From NCBI GenBank assembly GCA_030637745.1, contig DAOWFX010000127.1, positions 237 to 64,236 on the forward strand: a DNA stretch of 64,000 bases, given 5' to 3'. The stretch is from Clostridia bacterium. GTDB taxonomy: Bacteria; Bacillota; Clostridia; Christensenellales; UMGS416. Below, in pieces: positions 38,926 through 49,200 of the stretch; positions within the stretch are counted from its first letter, which is position 1; every line of letters starts with the position of its first letter. Made by a program: the position numbers and the translations under genes. The notes beneath the pieces are model-generated. The model saw nothing but the letters and a program-made list of their open reading frames with translations. It was not told the DNA's origin and made no database searches.

Positions 38926-39775
38926 ATATGCAAATCAAAAAATATCGCTTTACTTAGATGGTCTTCTAGACATGAAAGAAACCATGCTACTGATGGCGCA
39001 TATTGATGTATGCGATTTTTGCAGAGATCACTTGGTTACAATGCAGAAAACGACTTCGATGTTGAAGGATTTGCCTGAAGTTACATTACCTGCGGGTTTT
39101 GAAAACCGTATGCACTTTGCATTCAAGCATGAAGCGGCGGCGAAAAAGAAATCCAGGCTCTATAAAGCAACGATGATTGCAATGCCGGTGACGGTTGCTG
39201 TATTTGCAGCGATTATCGGGTTCAATTATGTGTTTTCCGGTGGCTTGCTTGGCGCGATGAAGTCAACCAATCAAGCAGATGGTATCATGGCTATGGAAAT
39301 GGCAGAAGCACCGATGGTGGATGCAACGTACGCAGTACAAGGTGATGCAATGCAAAAATCTGAGGCTGAAGGCGATAGTGAAAGCTTTGGTGCATCACTT
39401 AAGGAGAACGTCGTAATGGATGAAGCTGAAACTTTGTCAGAAGCACGTGATACAGAAAAAGCAGCTACGTTTTTGAGCATAAGAGATGAAGTTGTGATAT
39501 TTGTAATGCTCACAGGAGATGCATATGAAGAGTTTCAAAGCATGATAAATGAGTTGGTTGAACCGCTGAAGATGCAACAGGGGGTAATCATTGCACAAGA
39601 TGGTGCGTACAGTGTGACTACAAGTATCTCTATGGAACACTATGCAGTGTTGATTGATTTGATAGCATATGCACAGTTTGCTTCACTTGAAGAGGCACAT
39701 GGCGTCAAAAACCTTGTGATTGATGAAAACAATTACTTTGAAGTGACATTCCTTTTTCAACAAAATAATCATTAA
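38915..39775 (+). CDS. Anti-sigma factor (zf-HC2 type), single TM
   Basis: HIDVCDFCRDH zinc-finger motif, TM at IAMPVTVAVFAAIIGF. Overlaps the sigma gene by 11 nt. Confidence 0.75.
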   Translation: MNCKYANQKISLYLDGLLDMKETMLLMAHIDVCDFCRDHLVTMQKTTSMLKDLPEVTLPAGFENRMHFAFKHEAAAKKKSRLYKATMIAMPVTVAVFAAIIGFNYVFSGGLLGAMKSTNQADGIMAMEMAEAPMVDATYAVQGDAMQKSEAEGDSESFGASLKENVVMDEAETLSEARDTEKAATFLSIRDEVVIFVMLTGDAYEEFQSMINELVEPLKMQQGVIIAQDGAYSVTTSISMEHYAVLIDLIAYAQFASLEEAHGVKNLVIDENNYFEVTFLFQQNNH

Positions 39776-39802
39776 GCAAAAAGCTTAATCAGGAGGAAAA
39801 TC

Positions 39803-40546
39803 ATGAAAGACAATAAATTACTATTAATAATCATTGCAGCACTATTGGTGCTATCTATCGTTGCAACCGGTGTACTCATTTTCGGAAAAACAGGAAGCCA
39901 AGCGACTGCAACCAAAACACTGCTCAACACCATATCCGTATCCAGCAAAGGCTCTGTAACGGTGATTCCCGATGTAGGATATATCTCACTCGGTGTTGAA
40001 ACAGAAGATGCGAATGTGAAGACTGCAGAAGAGCAAAACTCAAAAACCATGAATGCAATTGTTATTGCATTGGGTAAACTTGGTGTTGAAGAAACGGATA
40101 TGAAGACAACCAACTATAATATATATCCGCGCTATAGAGACTATGAAGATGAAAAACCAATGAGCTACTCTGTAAGCAGTACTATACAGGTAACTGTGAA
40201 GAATATTGAAGATATCAGCGACATCATCGATGATGCAATCACAGCTGGTGCCAACCGTGCACACAGTATACGCTTTGATGTACTCGACCGCGAAGCATCA
40301 TACAACGAGGCACTCAAAGATGCTATTGCCAATGCAAAGGCACGCGCAGAAGTGATTGCAGGTGCTGCGGATGTACAAATCGTAGGTGTTGTATCCGTCA
40401 GTGAAAACAGCGCAATGCCCAATGTATACTACACAGATACACTCAGAGGTGCATCAATGGATATGGAAGAATCATTTGCACCTGTAATATCTACAAGGGA
40501 CATGGAGATATCAGCTAATGTGTCGATTACATATGAAGTAAAGTAA
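39803..40546 (+). CDS. SIMPL-domain (DUF541) protein, membrane-anchored or secreted
   Basis: N-terminal TM, then ISVSSKGSVTVIPDVGYISLGVETE and the ..Y.VS..I.V pattern of SIMPL. Confidence 0.75.
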   Translation: MKDNKLLLIIIAALLVLSIVATGVLIFGKTGSQATATKTLLNTISVSSKGSVTVIPDVGYISLGVETEDANVKTAEEQNSKTMNAIVIALGKLGVEETDMKTTNYNIYPRYRDYEDEKPMSYSVSSTIQVTVKNIEDISDIIDDAITAGANRAHSIRFDVLDREASYNEALKDAIANAKARAEVIAGAADVQIVGVVSVSENSAMPNVYYTDTLRGASMDMEESFAPVISTRDMEISANVSITYEVK

Positions 40547-40618
40547 AAATGTAAATAATATAATTAAAACTCACGGAAATATTTCCGTGAGTTTTGCTTT
40601 GTCGGAAAAGAATAATAG

Positions 40619-41428
40619 TTATCGTGTATGAATCGGAACTTGGATTTCTGTTATCCAATCCGCTTCATCGTCTTGGTTCCAAATACCGTCGATATAGGAT
40701 TCTCTAGGTTCTCCGACGAGGTCATAGTTGTTGTCATTGATCCACTGATAGACAAATGTATAGGCTTCTCGAAGTAAACTATAAGGACCCTTGTGAATAA
40801 TGCATACTGCTTCTTCGACTTTGTCTATTTTCTTGTAGCAAACAGTATCTGAATCCTTGCATGGTGCTATCACCGATTCACATACTTCTACGTCGATATC
40901 CTTTTCTCTATACTCTTTATCATGGTAGATGTTGAAGCAATAGGTAGGGGATGCACACACTGCACACGCTTTTTTCATCTCTTCTCCCATCTTTGGAATG
41001 ACATCAAAATACACATCATAGCTGTCTGCTGTGAATCGCATGGATGCAACAGTTACTTCCGGTAGATTTTTGATTACTGGATTATATTTCATGGATAATT
41101 CTCCTTTATTTCTTTTAATGTAGTTTTTTACTTGTATTAGTTGTTGGTTTTTTTGTTTGATTTCAAGATTGAGTTCATCTTCTTTACCTTTGAGTAGTAT
41201 TTCTATATTGATAGGCGTATCGATGATTTCCTTGATATCATTCAAGCTGAGCCCCATCTGTTTGAGTGCTATGATTTTATTGAGCTTATGTATCTGTCCG
41301 CTGGAGTAGTATCGATATCCTGTGAAGCCATCAATACACTCAGGCTTGAGCAAACCAATAGAATCGTAGTGACGTAATGTCTTGGCTGTGATTCTATTCA
41401 TTTTTGAAAACATACCGATTTGATACAT
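40619..41428 (-). CDS. MerR-family transcriptional regulator with GyrI-like effector domain (BmrR-like)
   Basis: MYQIGMFSKMNRITAKTLRHYDSIGLLKP HTH, a coiled-coil linker, and a C-terminal GyrI-like region. Confidence 0.85.
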   Translation of the reverse strand: MYQIGMFSKMNRITAKTLRHYDSIGLLKPECIDGFTGYRYYSSGQIHKLNKIIALKQMGLSLNDIKEIIDTPINIEILLKGKEDELNLEIKQKNQQLIQVKNYIKRNKGELSMKYNPVIKNLPEVTVASMRFTADSYDVYFDVIPKMGEEMKKACAVCASPTYCFNIYHDKEYREKDIDVEVCESVIAPCKDSDTVCYKKIDKVEEAVCIIHKGPYSLLREAYTFVYQWINDNNYDLVGEPRESYIDGIWNQDDEADWITEIQVPIHTR

Positions 41429-41436
41429 GAGTGCTC

Positions 41437-42183
41437 CTAATATTCGTACCTAAATGTTTTGATTGCGACGATTGTGCAAACTACTGCAATAGCTGATAGC
41501 AGTATAATAGAGAAAGTGAATTGACCGATATCATAGCCCAACGAAATGCCTTTCAAGACCTTGATGCCATGTGTAAGGGGTAGAATGTTTGAAAATATCT
41601 GCAAACCTCTTGGCATGATTTCGTAAGGTACTGTGGCACCTGACAGGAAAAATGTTGGAAAGTACACCAAAGATGCCAGCAGATTCACCATCTTTACAGA
41701 GCTTGATACACTAGCGATCAGCATCCCTATGGCGTAGATTGCAACCACTACCAATAAGTATATCACAGTGAATAATCCGATTGAACCAATCATAGTGTAT
41801 CCAAAAAACAATACTGCGATGATAGTTACAAGCACAGATGATACGATGGCGAACAAAAAGCTATTGAGAAACTGTGCACCGAGTAAGGTGACTGGCGAGG
41901 TGGGGGTGACAACAAAGCGCTTGAGAATCTTCTTTTCTCGATATCCTGAGATTGTTGTGGGAAGTCCCATGAGTCCTGTTGCACAGATACCCAGCGTAAT
42001 CACCGCAGCGTATGATTGCTGTAGCATGGTGTAGTTTACATTCTCATCAGCAGGTTTGTCACCAAATATTACACCCAGAAGTAGCATTAGTCCAACTGGG
42101 AGGATGATGGCGAACAAGATACCCGAGCCTTCCCTGAGTCCTAGCTTTACTTCAATCTTAAATAGTACCCATAGTGATTTCAT
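41437..42183 (-). CDS. ABC-2 type transporter permease
   Basis: 6-TM 248-aa protein. Overlaps the ATPase gene's 3' end. Confidence 0.8.
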   Translation of the reverse strand: MKSLWVLFKIEVKLGLREGSGILFAIILPVGLMLLLGVIFGDKPADENVNYTMLQQSYAAVITLGICATGLMGLPTTISGYREKKILKRFVVTPTSPVTLLGAQFLNSFLFAIVSSVLVTIIAVLFFGYTMIGSIGLFTVIYLLVVVAIYAIGMLIASVSSSVKMVNLLASLVYFPTFFLSGATVPYEIMPRGLQIFSNILPLTHGIKVLKGISLGYDIGQFTFSIILLSAIAVVCTIVAIKTFRYEY

Positions 42184-42904
42184 CTCTTTGCTCCTCCTCT
42201 ATAAATTCAAGATACGCATCCTCTAAATTTGTTTTGCCTGACTTTCTCACCACTTCATCTGGGGTATCGGTGATGATGATTTGTCCTTTGTCGATAATAG
42301 ACATTCGATCGCACAAAAAGTGTACTTCATCCATATAGTGCGATGTCAAAAAGATAGTCAGACCCAATTGCTTCAATGACTTTAAAAACTTCCAAACAAC
42401 TCTACGCGCTGAAGGGTCAAGACCTGTGGTGAGCTCATCCAAGAACACTACTTTGGGTTTGTGTGGCAGTGCAAGGATAACAGATAGCTTTTGCTGCTCT
42501 CCGCCGGATAGCGATGCGACCATCTGATTCTTCTTATCACCCAGATTGAATTTTGTGAGCATTTCCTCCCAGCTTTGTGTGTTGGGGTATAGCGATGAGA
42601 TGAGTTCACACATTTCATATACTTTGATACGGTCAGGATAGAAGCTTGATTGAAACTGTACGCCTACTTCTTGAAATACTTTCTTGCGGTCGACGATAGG
42701 ATCCATGCCGAGGACTTCAATGGTTCCTGCATCCTTCTTCTTGGTGCCCAGTATACATTCGATAGTGGTTGATTTCCCTGCACCATTGGGGCCCACCATG
42801 CCATAGATTTCACCTTGGTTGACTTGGATATTCAAATGATCGATTGCCAGCTTCTGTTTGTATGATTTGGTGAGATTGTCGATTTTGATTATGGGTTGCG
42901 TCAT
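42158..42904 (-). CDS. ABC transporter ATP-binding protein
   Basis: GPNGAGKST, LSGGEQQKL, VVFLDELTTGLD. ATG 42904 follows AAGGAG; the upstream extension to 42973 is unlikely. Confidence 0.9.
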   Translation of the reverse strand: MTQPIIKIDNLTKSYKQKLAIDHLNIQVNQGEIYGMVGPNGAGKSTTIECILGTKKKDAGTIEVLGMDPIVDRKKVFQEVGVQFQSSFYPDRIKVYEMCELISSLYPNTQSWEEMLTKFNLGDKKNQMVASLSGGEQQKLSVILALPHKPKVVFLDELTTGLDPSARRVVWKFLKSLKQLGLTIFLTSHYMDEVHFLCDRMSIIDKGQIIITDTPDEVVRKSGKTNLEDAYLEFIEEEQRDEITMGTI

Positions 42905-43038
42905 AAACACTCCTTTGTTATGTTTTACTTGGTAGTTCAACGATATTACAAAACAAATCTCTTTTCTTGACATGAATTGTGCAATATGCGACCTACTTTT
43001 TAACTATGAAACGTTTCATATAAGTTGTGCACAAATAA

Positions 43039-43069
43039 AGCGTACACCTTTTCCCACGGGCAAAGTCAA
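43039..43069 (-). promoter_or_regulatory. MerR-type promoter: TTGACT-N19-TACGCT with an imperfect dyad in the spacer
   Basis: Minus strand: ttgact (43069-43064), 19-nt spacer ttgcccgtgggaaaaggtg, tacgct (43044-43039). The dyad CTTTnCCC-nn-GGGnAAAG lies within the spacer. Confidence 0.5.
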
Positions 43070-43137
43070 GGGGTAAAATTGTGCAAATAAAAAAAACACT
43101 TGATGCGATGCATCAAATGCTAGTGATTTCTATTGAT

Positions 43138-43905
43138 TTATTTACCCGCGGCTTTATAGACCATATCCTGGTGCAGTGGATCCTTGGCATCACGAATGTG
43201 CGTTTTGGAATTTAAGAAATGGATGCAAACATGACCTTTCATGCTATTTCCGGAGATCATATCATACGCATGCGGAAAGCCATTCATCGATGCTGCGATA
43301 TACTCACCATCGAGTCTTACAATAATAGCATGTCTCTCCCACGACCATTCGCCACCATAGGCTTCCTTGATCTTCTTGGTATCGGAACTGGAAACGGGCT
43401 CGACGTCAGCATGGTTACTGCCACCAACACGTACCATATAGAAAGTAATGCCTGTATCAACATCATACACCTTGATCTTCTCTCCGCGATCAAAGCGAGG
43501 ATAGACATAGCTGAACCAATCTTTTAGTTTGCCTGTTGGAACAGATGCTTTTTTCACTTTGGGTTCCGGCTTTTTCCGCTCTTCAATGGGCTTTCTAACA
43601 GCTGCATTTGAAAACAGGATTCTTGATGTTTCTGGACCTAGTACACCATCGGCACCTAGCTTGTTGTTCTTTTGGAATTCTGCAAGGGTTAGCATGGTAT
43701 ATTTCCCGAAAAAGTTGGTGATTTTATAATTAAAATACCCCAAATCACGCAACCTGAGTTGCACTAGAATTACATCGTCGCCAGTATCGCCCTCTTTAAG
43801 CATGTTGGATTCGGTGTCTTCTTCTGCCAGTGCACCGCCGGATGAGAGCATAAATACAGTAATTATGAAGAGTATTATGAATACACTTGATATTTTTTTG
43901 AACAA
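43138..43905 (-). CDS. Secreted peptidoglycan-binding-domain protein with an uncharacterised C-terminal domain
   Basis: Signal/TM region. PG_binding_1-like GDTGDDVILVQLRLRDLGYF..LGADGVLGPETSRILF. Confidence 0.65.
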   Translation of the reverse strand: MFKKISSVFIILFIITVFMLSSGGALAEEDTESNMLKEGDTGDDVILVQLRLRDLGYFNYKITNFFGKYTMLTLAEFQKNNKLGADGVLGPETSRILFSNAAVRKPIEERKKPEPKVKKASVPTGKLKDWFSYVYPRFDRGEKIKVYDVDTGITFYMVRVGGSNHADVEPVSSSDTKKIKEAYGGEWSWERHAIIVRLDGEYIAASMNGFPHAYDMISGNSMKGHVCIHFLNSKTHIRDAKDPLHQDMVYKAAGK

Positions 43906-44089
43906 ATTGTCACCTCAAAATACAATACGTTTGCATTTTATCATAATATCTCAAACTTGTAAACGGGATGTAACACTTTATTAACATGTCGTTTTGTACT
44001 AAATCACTGTAAGTACACAACTCTTGCACAGACTTTCATATTAAGATATAATTTTATAGAATATAAACAAAGAATCCATGGAGGTAGTA

Positions 44090-45073
44090 ATGTATACAAT
44101 CGCAATTGACGTAATGGGTGGAGACAATGCACCTAATGAGATTATTAAGGGTGCACTGGATGCACAACGTGAAATAGAAGATATAAAGATCATACTTCTT
44201 GGACAAAAAGATGTTATCCAAAAGCAATTGGACATTCATAACGAGAAGGCAGAGATTATTGATGCACCACAAGTCATTCACACGGGAGATAAGCCATTGA
44301 TTGCTATTCGAGAGAAAAAGAATTCTTCCTTGATTCAAGGTCTGTTGATGGTCAAAAAAGGAACTGCAGATGCATTTGTATCAGCAGGAAGTACCGGTGC
44401 AATATTTGCAGGAGCATTGTTCAATGTAGGTAGAATAAAGGGTGTGGATAGACCCGCACTTGCAACAGTACTTCCATCGGGAGAAGGCAAAGCACTGTTG
44501 TTAGATATCGGTGCCAATGCAGACTGCAAAGAGAAGTTCCTCATTCAATTTGCAAAGATGGGAAGAACCTATATGAAGCTGGTTGAAGGGGTAGAAAATC
44601 CAACGATGGGTTTGATCAACATCGGTGCAGAAGAAGAAAAAGGCAGTGAGCTCTATAGAGAAGTCAATAAACTCATGCGTGAAGATGACTCTCTGAACTT
44701 TGTTGGGAATGTAGAACCCAGAGATATGTTCACAGGCGTAGCCGATGTCTTGGTATGTGACGGCTTTACAGGGAATATTCTAATCAAAACACTTGAAGGT
44801 ATGGCAACGTTTCTATTTAAGAATATTAAAATTGAACTATATCGCAATATCTTTACAAAGCTTGCAGCAGCTGTTTTGAAAAAGGGCTTTAAGAACGTGA
44901 AAAGCAAACTGGATCACAAAGAATTTGGCGGAACACCACTGCTTGGTGTCAATGGCTGTGTTATCAAGGCACATGGATCATCAGATGCATATAGCTTCAA
45001 AAGAGCGATATATCAAGCGAAGAAATATCTGGACAAAGATGTTACTAATGTCATTCGCGATACGGTTGAATAA
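44090..45073 (+). CDS. plsX: Phosphate acyltransferase PlsX
   Basis: MYTIAIDVMGGDNAP, SAGSTGA, GFTGN motifs. GGAGGT RBS. Confidence 0.93.
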   Translation: MYTIAIDVMGGDNAPNEIIKGALDAQREIEDIKIILLGQKDVIQKQLDIHNEKAEIIDAPQVIHTGDKPLIAIREKKNSSLIQGLLMVKKGTADAFVSAGSTGAIFAGALFNVGRIKGVDRPALATVLPSGEGKALLLDIGANADCKEKFLIQFAKMGRTYMKLVEGVENPTMGLINIGAEEEKGSELYREVNKLMREDDSLNFVGNVEPRDMFTGVADVLVCDGFTGNILIKTLEGMATFLFKNIKIELYRNIFTKLAAAVLKKGFKNVKSKLDHKEFGGTPLLGVNGCVIKAHGSSDAYSFKRAIYQAKKYLDKDVTNVIRDTVE

Positions 45074-45172
45074 ATGTGTATTGTAACCGTTTGATGGGGC
45101 TGTTATAATGAATAACATCATAAAAAAAGATAAATTACACTTAAATAAAATTAATGTTCACAGGAGGACAAA

Positions 45173-45400
45173 ATGGTATTAGACAAAGTGAAAGATATTA
45201 TTGCAGATCAATTGGAACTGGATGTTAAAGACATCACAGCAGAATCATCACTGACAGAAGACCTAAAGGCTGATTCGGTAGACGTGGTGGGTATCATCAT
45301 GAACCTAGAAGCAGAATTTGGATTAGAATTCCCATATGAAGACTTAGAGAAGATCGCTACAGTGGGCGATGCTGTAAACTACATTCAGTCACAACAGTAA
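45173..45400 (+). CDS. acpP: Acyl carrier protein
   Basis: 75 aa. DLKADSVDVV contains the phosphopantetheine-attachment DS motif. Confidence 0.92.
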   Translation: MVLDKVKDIIADQLELDVKDITAESSLTEDLKADSVDVVGIIMNLEAEFGLEFPYEDLEKIATVGDAVNYIQSQQ

Positions 45401-45419
45401 AATTTAGAAGGAATCTCAT

Positions 45420-46121
45420 TTGAAAACACAATTTTCAATAGATGGATTGCAGCAGAAGATTGCATATCAATTTAATGATTCATTGCTTCTTTTGCGAGCA
45501 ATCACTCATTCTTCAGCATTATCTGAAGGATTGGGCGACAAATCATACGAACGGCTTGAATACTTGGGAGATGCAGTCCTTGAACTTTTGGTAACACGAC
45601 TGCTTTTTTCTGCATATCAAAATGCAGACGAAGGACAAATGACCAAAATCCGTGCTGCGGTGGTTTCAAAAAAGCCACTGATGGAAATTGCGATACAATT
45701 GGGATTGGGAGACTACTTGATCCTCGGCAAGGGGATGGAGCGATCCGGCGGTCGGAAGCTATCTTCAATACTTAGTGACACGGTAGAGGCGATACTAGGT
45801 GCAGTTTACCTCGATGGGGGCATTGAAAGTGCAGAAGCATTCATCATGCCCTATATGATTCCCAAAATAAAACAAGCCTATGAAAAGGGATTCAGCAGGG
45901 ACTATAAGACGCGTCTTCAGGAATACCTGCAACGAAAAGGTCCTGTCCACATCAAATACAAGACCACATCCGATACTGGGCCTCCACATGACAAGACGTT
46001 TGTATCTACTATGTATGCAGATGGAAAAACTTTGGGTGTTGGTGAAGGAAAAAGCAAGAAGCTTGCACAGCAGCAAGCAGCAAAAGATGCATTAGTAGGT
46101 CTTGATATTATTAAGAAATAG
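45420..46121 (+). CDS. rnc: Ribonuclease III
   Basis: ERLEYLGDAVLEL signature and a C-terminal dsRBD (GPPHDKTF..GEGKSKKLAQQQAAKDAL). TTG start. Confidence 0.93.
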   Translation: MKTQFSIDGLQQKIAYQFNDSLLLLRAITHSSALSEGLGDKSYERLEYLGDAVLELLVTRLLFSAYQNADEGQMTKIRAAVVSKKPLMEIAIQLGLGDYLILGKGMERSGGRKLSSILSDTVEAILGAVYLDGGIESAEAFIMPYMIPKIKQAYEKGFSRDYKTRLQEYLQRKGPVHIKYKTTSDTGPPHDKTFVSTMYADGKTLGVGEGKSKKLAQQQAAKDALVGLDIIKK

Positions 46122-46240
46122 CCTACTACATTTTGTAAATATTCATTAAACAAAGAAATATATAGTATGTTCGTATTGTCATATCCACTAGATATGGTAT
46201 AATTCCTGTATAAAGATAAAGATAAAGAAGGTTAAACAAA

Positions 46241-49200
46241 TTGCATTTAAAGAAATTAGAATTGTATGGCTTTAAGTCGTTTGCAGACAAAGTCGAAATA
46301 AACTTTGACGAGGGAATTACCGGTGTTGTAGGTCCTAACGGAAGCGGCAAAAGCAACATTGGCGATGCCATGCGTTGGGTTTTAGGCGAAAGCAGTGCAC
46401 GTTCATTGCGCGGCGCACGCATGGAAGATGTTATCTTCAATGGCGCACAAAAGAGAAATCCACTGGGTTGGTGCGAAGTTACATTGATTTTTGACAATAG
46501 CGATAGTGTATTGCCCATTGAGTTTACAGAAGTTGCAATATCCAGACGTGTATATAGAAACGGCGAAGGTGAATACCTTATTAACCGCGCAGCATGTAGA
46601 AGAAAAGACATCGTAGAGCTCTTTCGTGATACGGGAATCGGAAGAGAGGGATACTCCATCATCGGGCAAGGCCGTATCGCTGACATGCTGAGTCATAAGC
46701 CGGATGAGCGCAGAGACGTGTTCCACGAAGCTGCAGGTATCATGAAATACAGAGCACGCCGCGATGAAGCACAACGCAGGCTGGATGGTACTCGAAATAA
46801 CATCCAACGCTTAAGCGATATCATGGAAGAAATGGAACGTCAGCTTGGACCGTTAAAGCGTCAGTCCAAGAATGCACGTAGATATATTGATATATCCACC
46901 AATTTAAAGGAACTGGAAATCAATCGTTTCTTGTGCGATTATGCTCGCCTGCACAAGAATATTCAACAATCAATGCAGGAAATCAATGAATTCGAATCCC
47001 ATACAAAGCAAGAAGTTGATACCATCGATCAAAACAACAACACGCTCAATGAATTGACACTATCTGTTGCGCGCTATGAAAATGAAATACAAAACACAAG
47101 AAACAGCATTGAATCGATGACTACACGAATTTCTGAGCGTCATGGAACAGAGATTATACTAGAAGAACGCTTAACCTATGCACAGCAAGAGCAAATCCGT
47201 CTATTAGACGAGATAGATATTGAACACAACAGAGCGCAAGAGTTACTGACAGAAGCACAGGAACTACAAGATGCACTCGATAACAAAGGTGGCGACTCAG
47301 AGAAGATACAGCAAGACATACTAGATATTAAATCTCGCATTAAAGCTATTGCACTTGAAATAGATACACGCCAACAAGACATCGATGAAAAGAAAAACAT
47401 CATGATGCAAGAGCTGTCGCATATGGCAGACATCAACTCATCATCAGGACGCTTGGAAGCAATGATTGAATCGTACACATCAAGAAGAGGTGAATTGCAA
47501 GAAAACCTTAATAATGCATCACGCCAAAAGGAAATCTACGATGATATCCGCACTGAGATGAAAGATGCAGTGGATAGTTTGTATGATACCATTGCACATC
47601 TACAAGAAAAAACAGACAATCATACACAAAAGAGAAATGATTATAGGCAAAACCGAGAAGCGCTGGAGAAAGACTTGCAATCAAAGCGCGATCGAGAACG
47701 CAACCTTGAAACGCGCATTCAGATGCTCAATACATTGATTAAGGACTATGATGGATTTAGCAACCCTGTCCGTTTCTTGTTTTCTCAAAATGATACTAAA
47801 AACTTAATGATGGGCGTCGTTGCAGATATCATTGACGTACCAAATGATTATACTTCCGCTGTAGAGCGTGCGCTGGGTGGTGCAATGCAGCATATCATAA
47901 CATCATCTGACTATGAAGCGAAAGAACTCATCGGCATGCTTCGAAAAAACCAAGCAGGTAGAGCGACATTCTTGCCCATCGACGCTATCAAAGGAAGATA
48001 CCTAAAAGAACATGAACAGCACATTCTAGACCTTCCGGGGTGTATCGGTGTGGCAGCTGACTTGATGAACTTTGATGAAAAGTACAGAGAGATCGTATAC
48101 TCATTGTTGGGACGTACAGTAATCTGTGACAACATCGATTCTGCTGTTGCTCTTGCAAAGAAAATCAGGTATGCATGTAAGTTTGTAACACTCAAAGGAG
48201 ATGTTGTGAATCCTGGTGGCTCAATGAGCGGCGGTAGCAGAAACACCAAAGAATATTCACCTATCGCCAGAAGAAACCAACTTGAAGAACTGGGCAAGCT
48301 GGTGATTGTCGCAACTAAAGATGTTGAGGAAGTCAAAGAAAAACTGACAAGTATCGTATCTCAAATGGACACGCAACGTACGCAAATGGATACGGACGTT
48401 AAGGACTTAAACGAAGCACGAATAGCGTATGCACGAGAAAAAGAACGCTTTGATAAGCTCCAAGCATCCACAGAAGATAATGATACTCAAATGAATGAAA
48501 TCAAAGCACAGCTTGAAAGAATAAATGAAAACATCGAGGATGCTAATAGGGAAATCACAAATATCAGCACAGCATCCCAAGATGCACAGAAAAAAGACAC
48601 AGTTTCTCGTGAGGAAATCGCAAAAGCACAAGTTCAAGTGAATGCTTTGCGTGAAAACCATGACGAAATGAAAGAGCACCTAGATAAGCTCATGTCCCTC
48701 GGTGCTGCTGATGAAAAGGAACGTGCAACAGCCTCTCAGCGCATACTGTGGCTACAAAAAGAAGCACAACGCTTAACAGATCTCATCGAAAAAAAGAAAC
48801 AGCAGCATACAGAAAATGAGGAATTATCCGTTCAACAGAAAGATGAATTGGTAGATTCTAAAACATCAGTGGGTGATGAGAAATCGCAGTTAGAAAACTT
48901 GAAAACTCAACTAGAAGATAAGATCAATGCACAAGAAGATGAGCGCAATAGACTCACCTCTATTCAAGAATTGATATCAGTATCACAAAACAGACAAGTG
49001 GAGCTTGGTGATAGAAAACACCAGCACCAGATGAAATATGAAAAAAGCACAATGGAGCTCGAGCAAATACAAAATAGGATTTGGGATTACTATGAGCTCA
49101 CTTATCAAGGGACGCTTGAGTACAAAAATGAGCAATTGGACCTGACAGATGCAGATGAGGAAATCGACCGTATGCGTCGTCAAATCAAAGCGATGGGCAC

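Noticed and set aside
46126-46807. 186-aa and 134-aa ORFs antisense to the 5' part of smc
   Set aside because: They overlap the unmistakable SMC head domain. They show no start context and no recognisable motifs.
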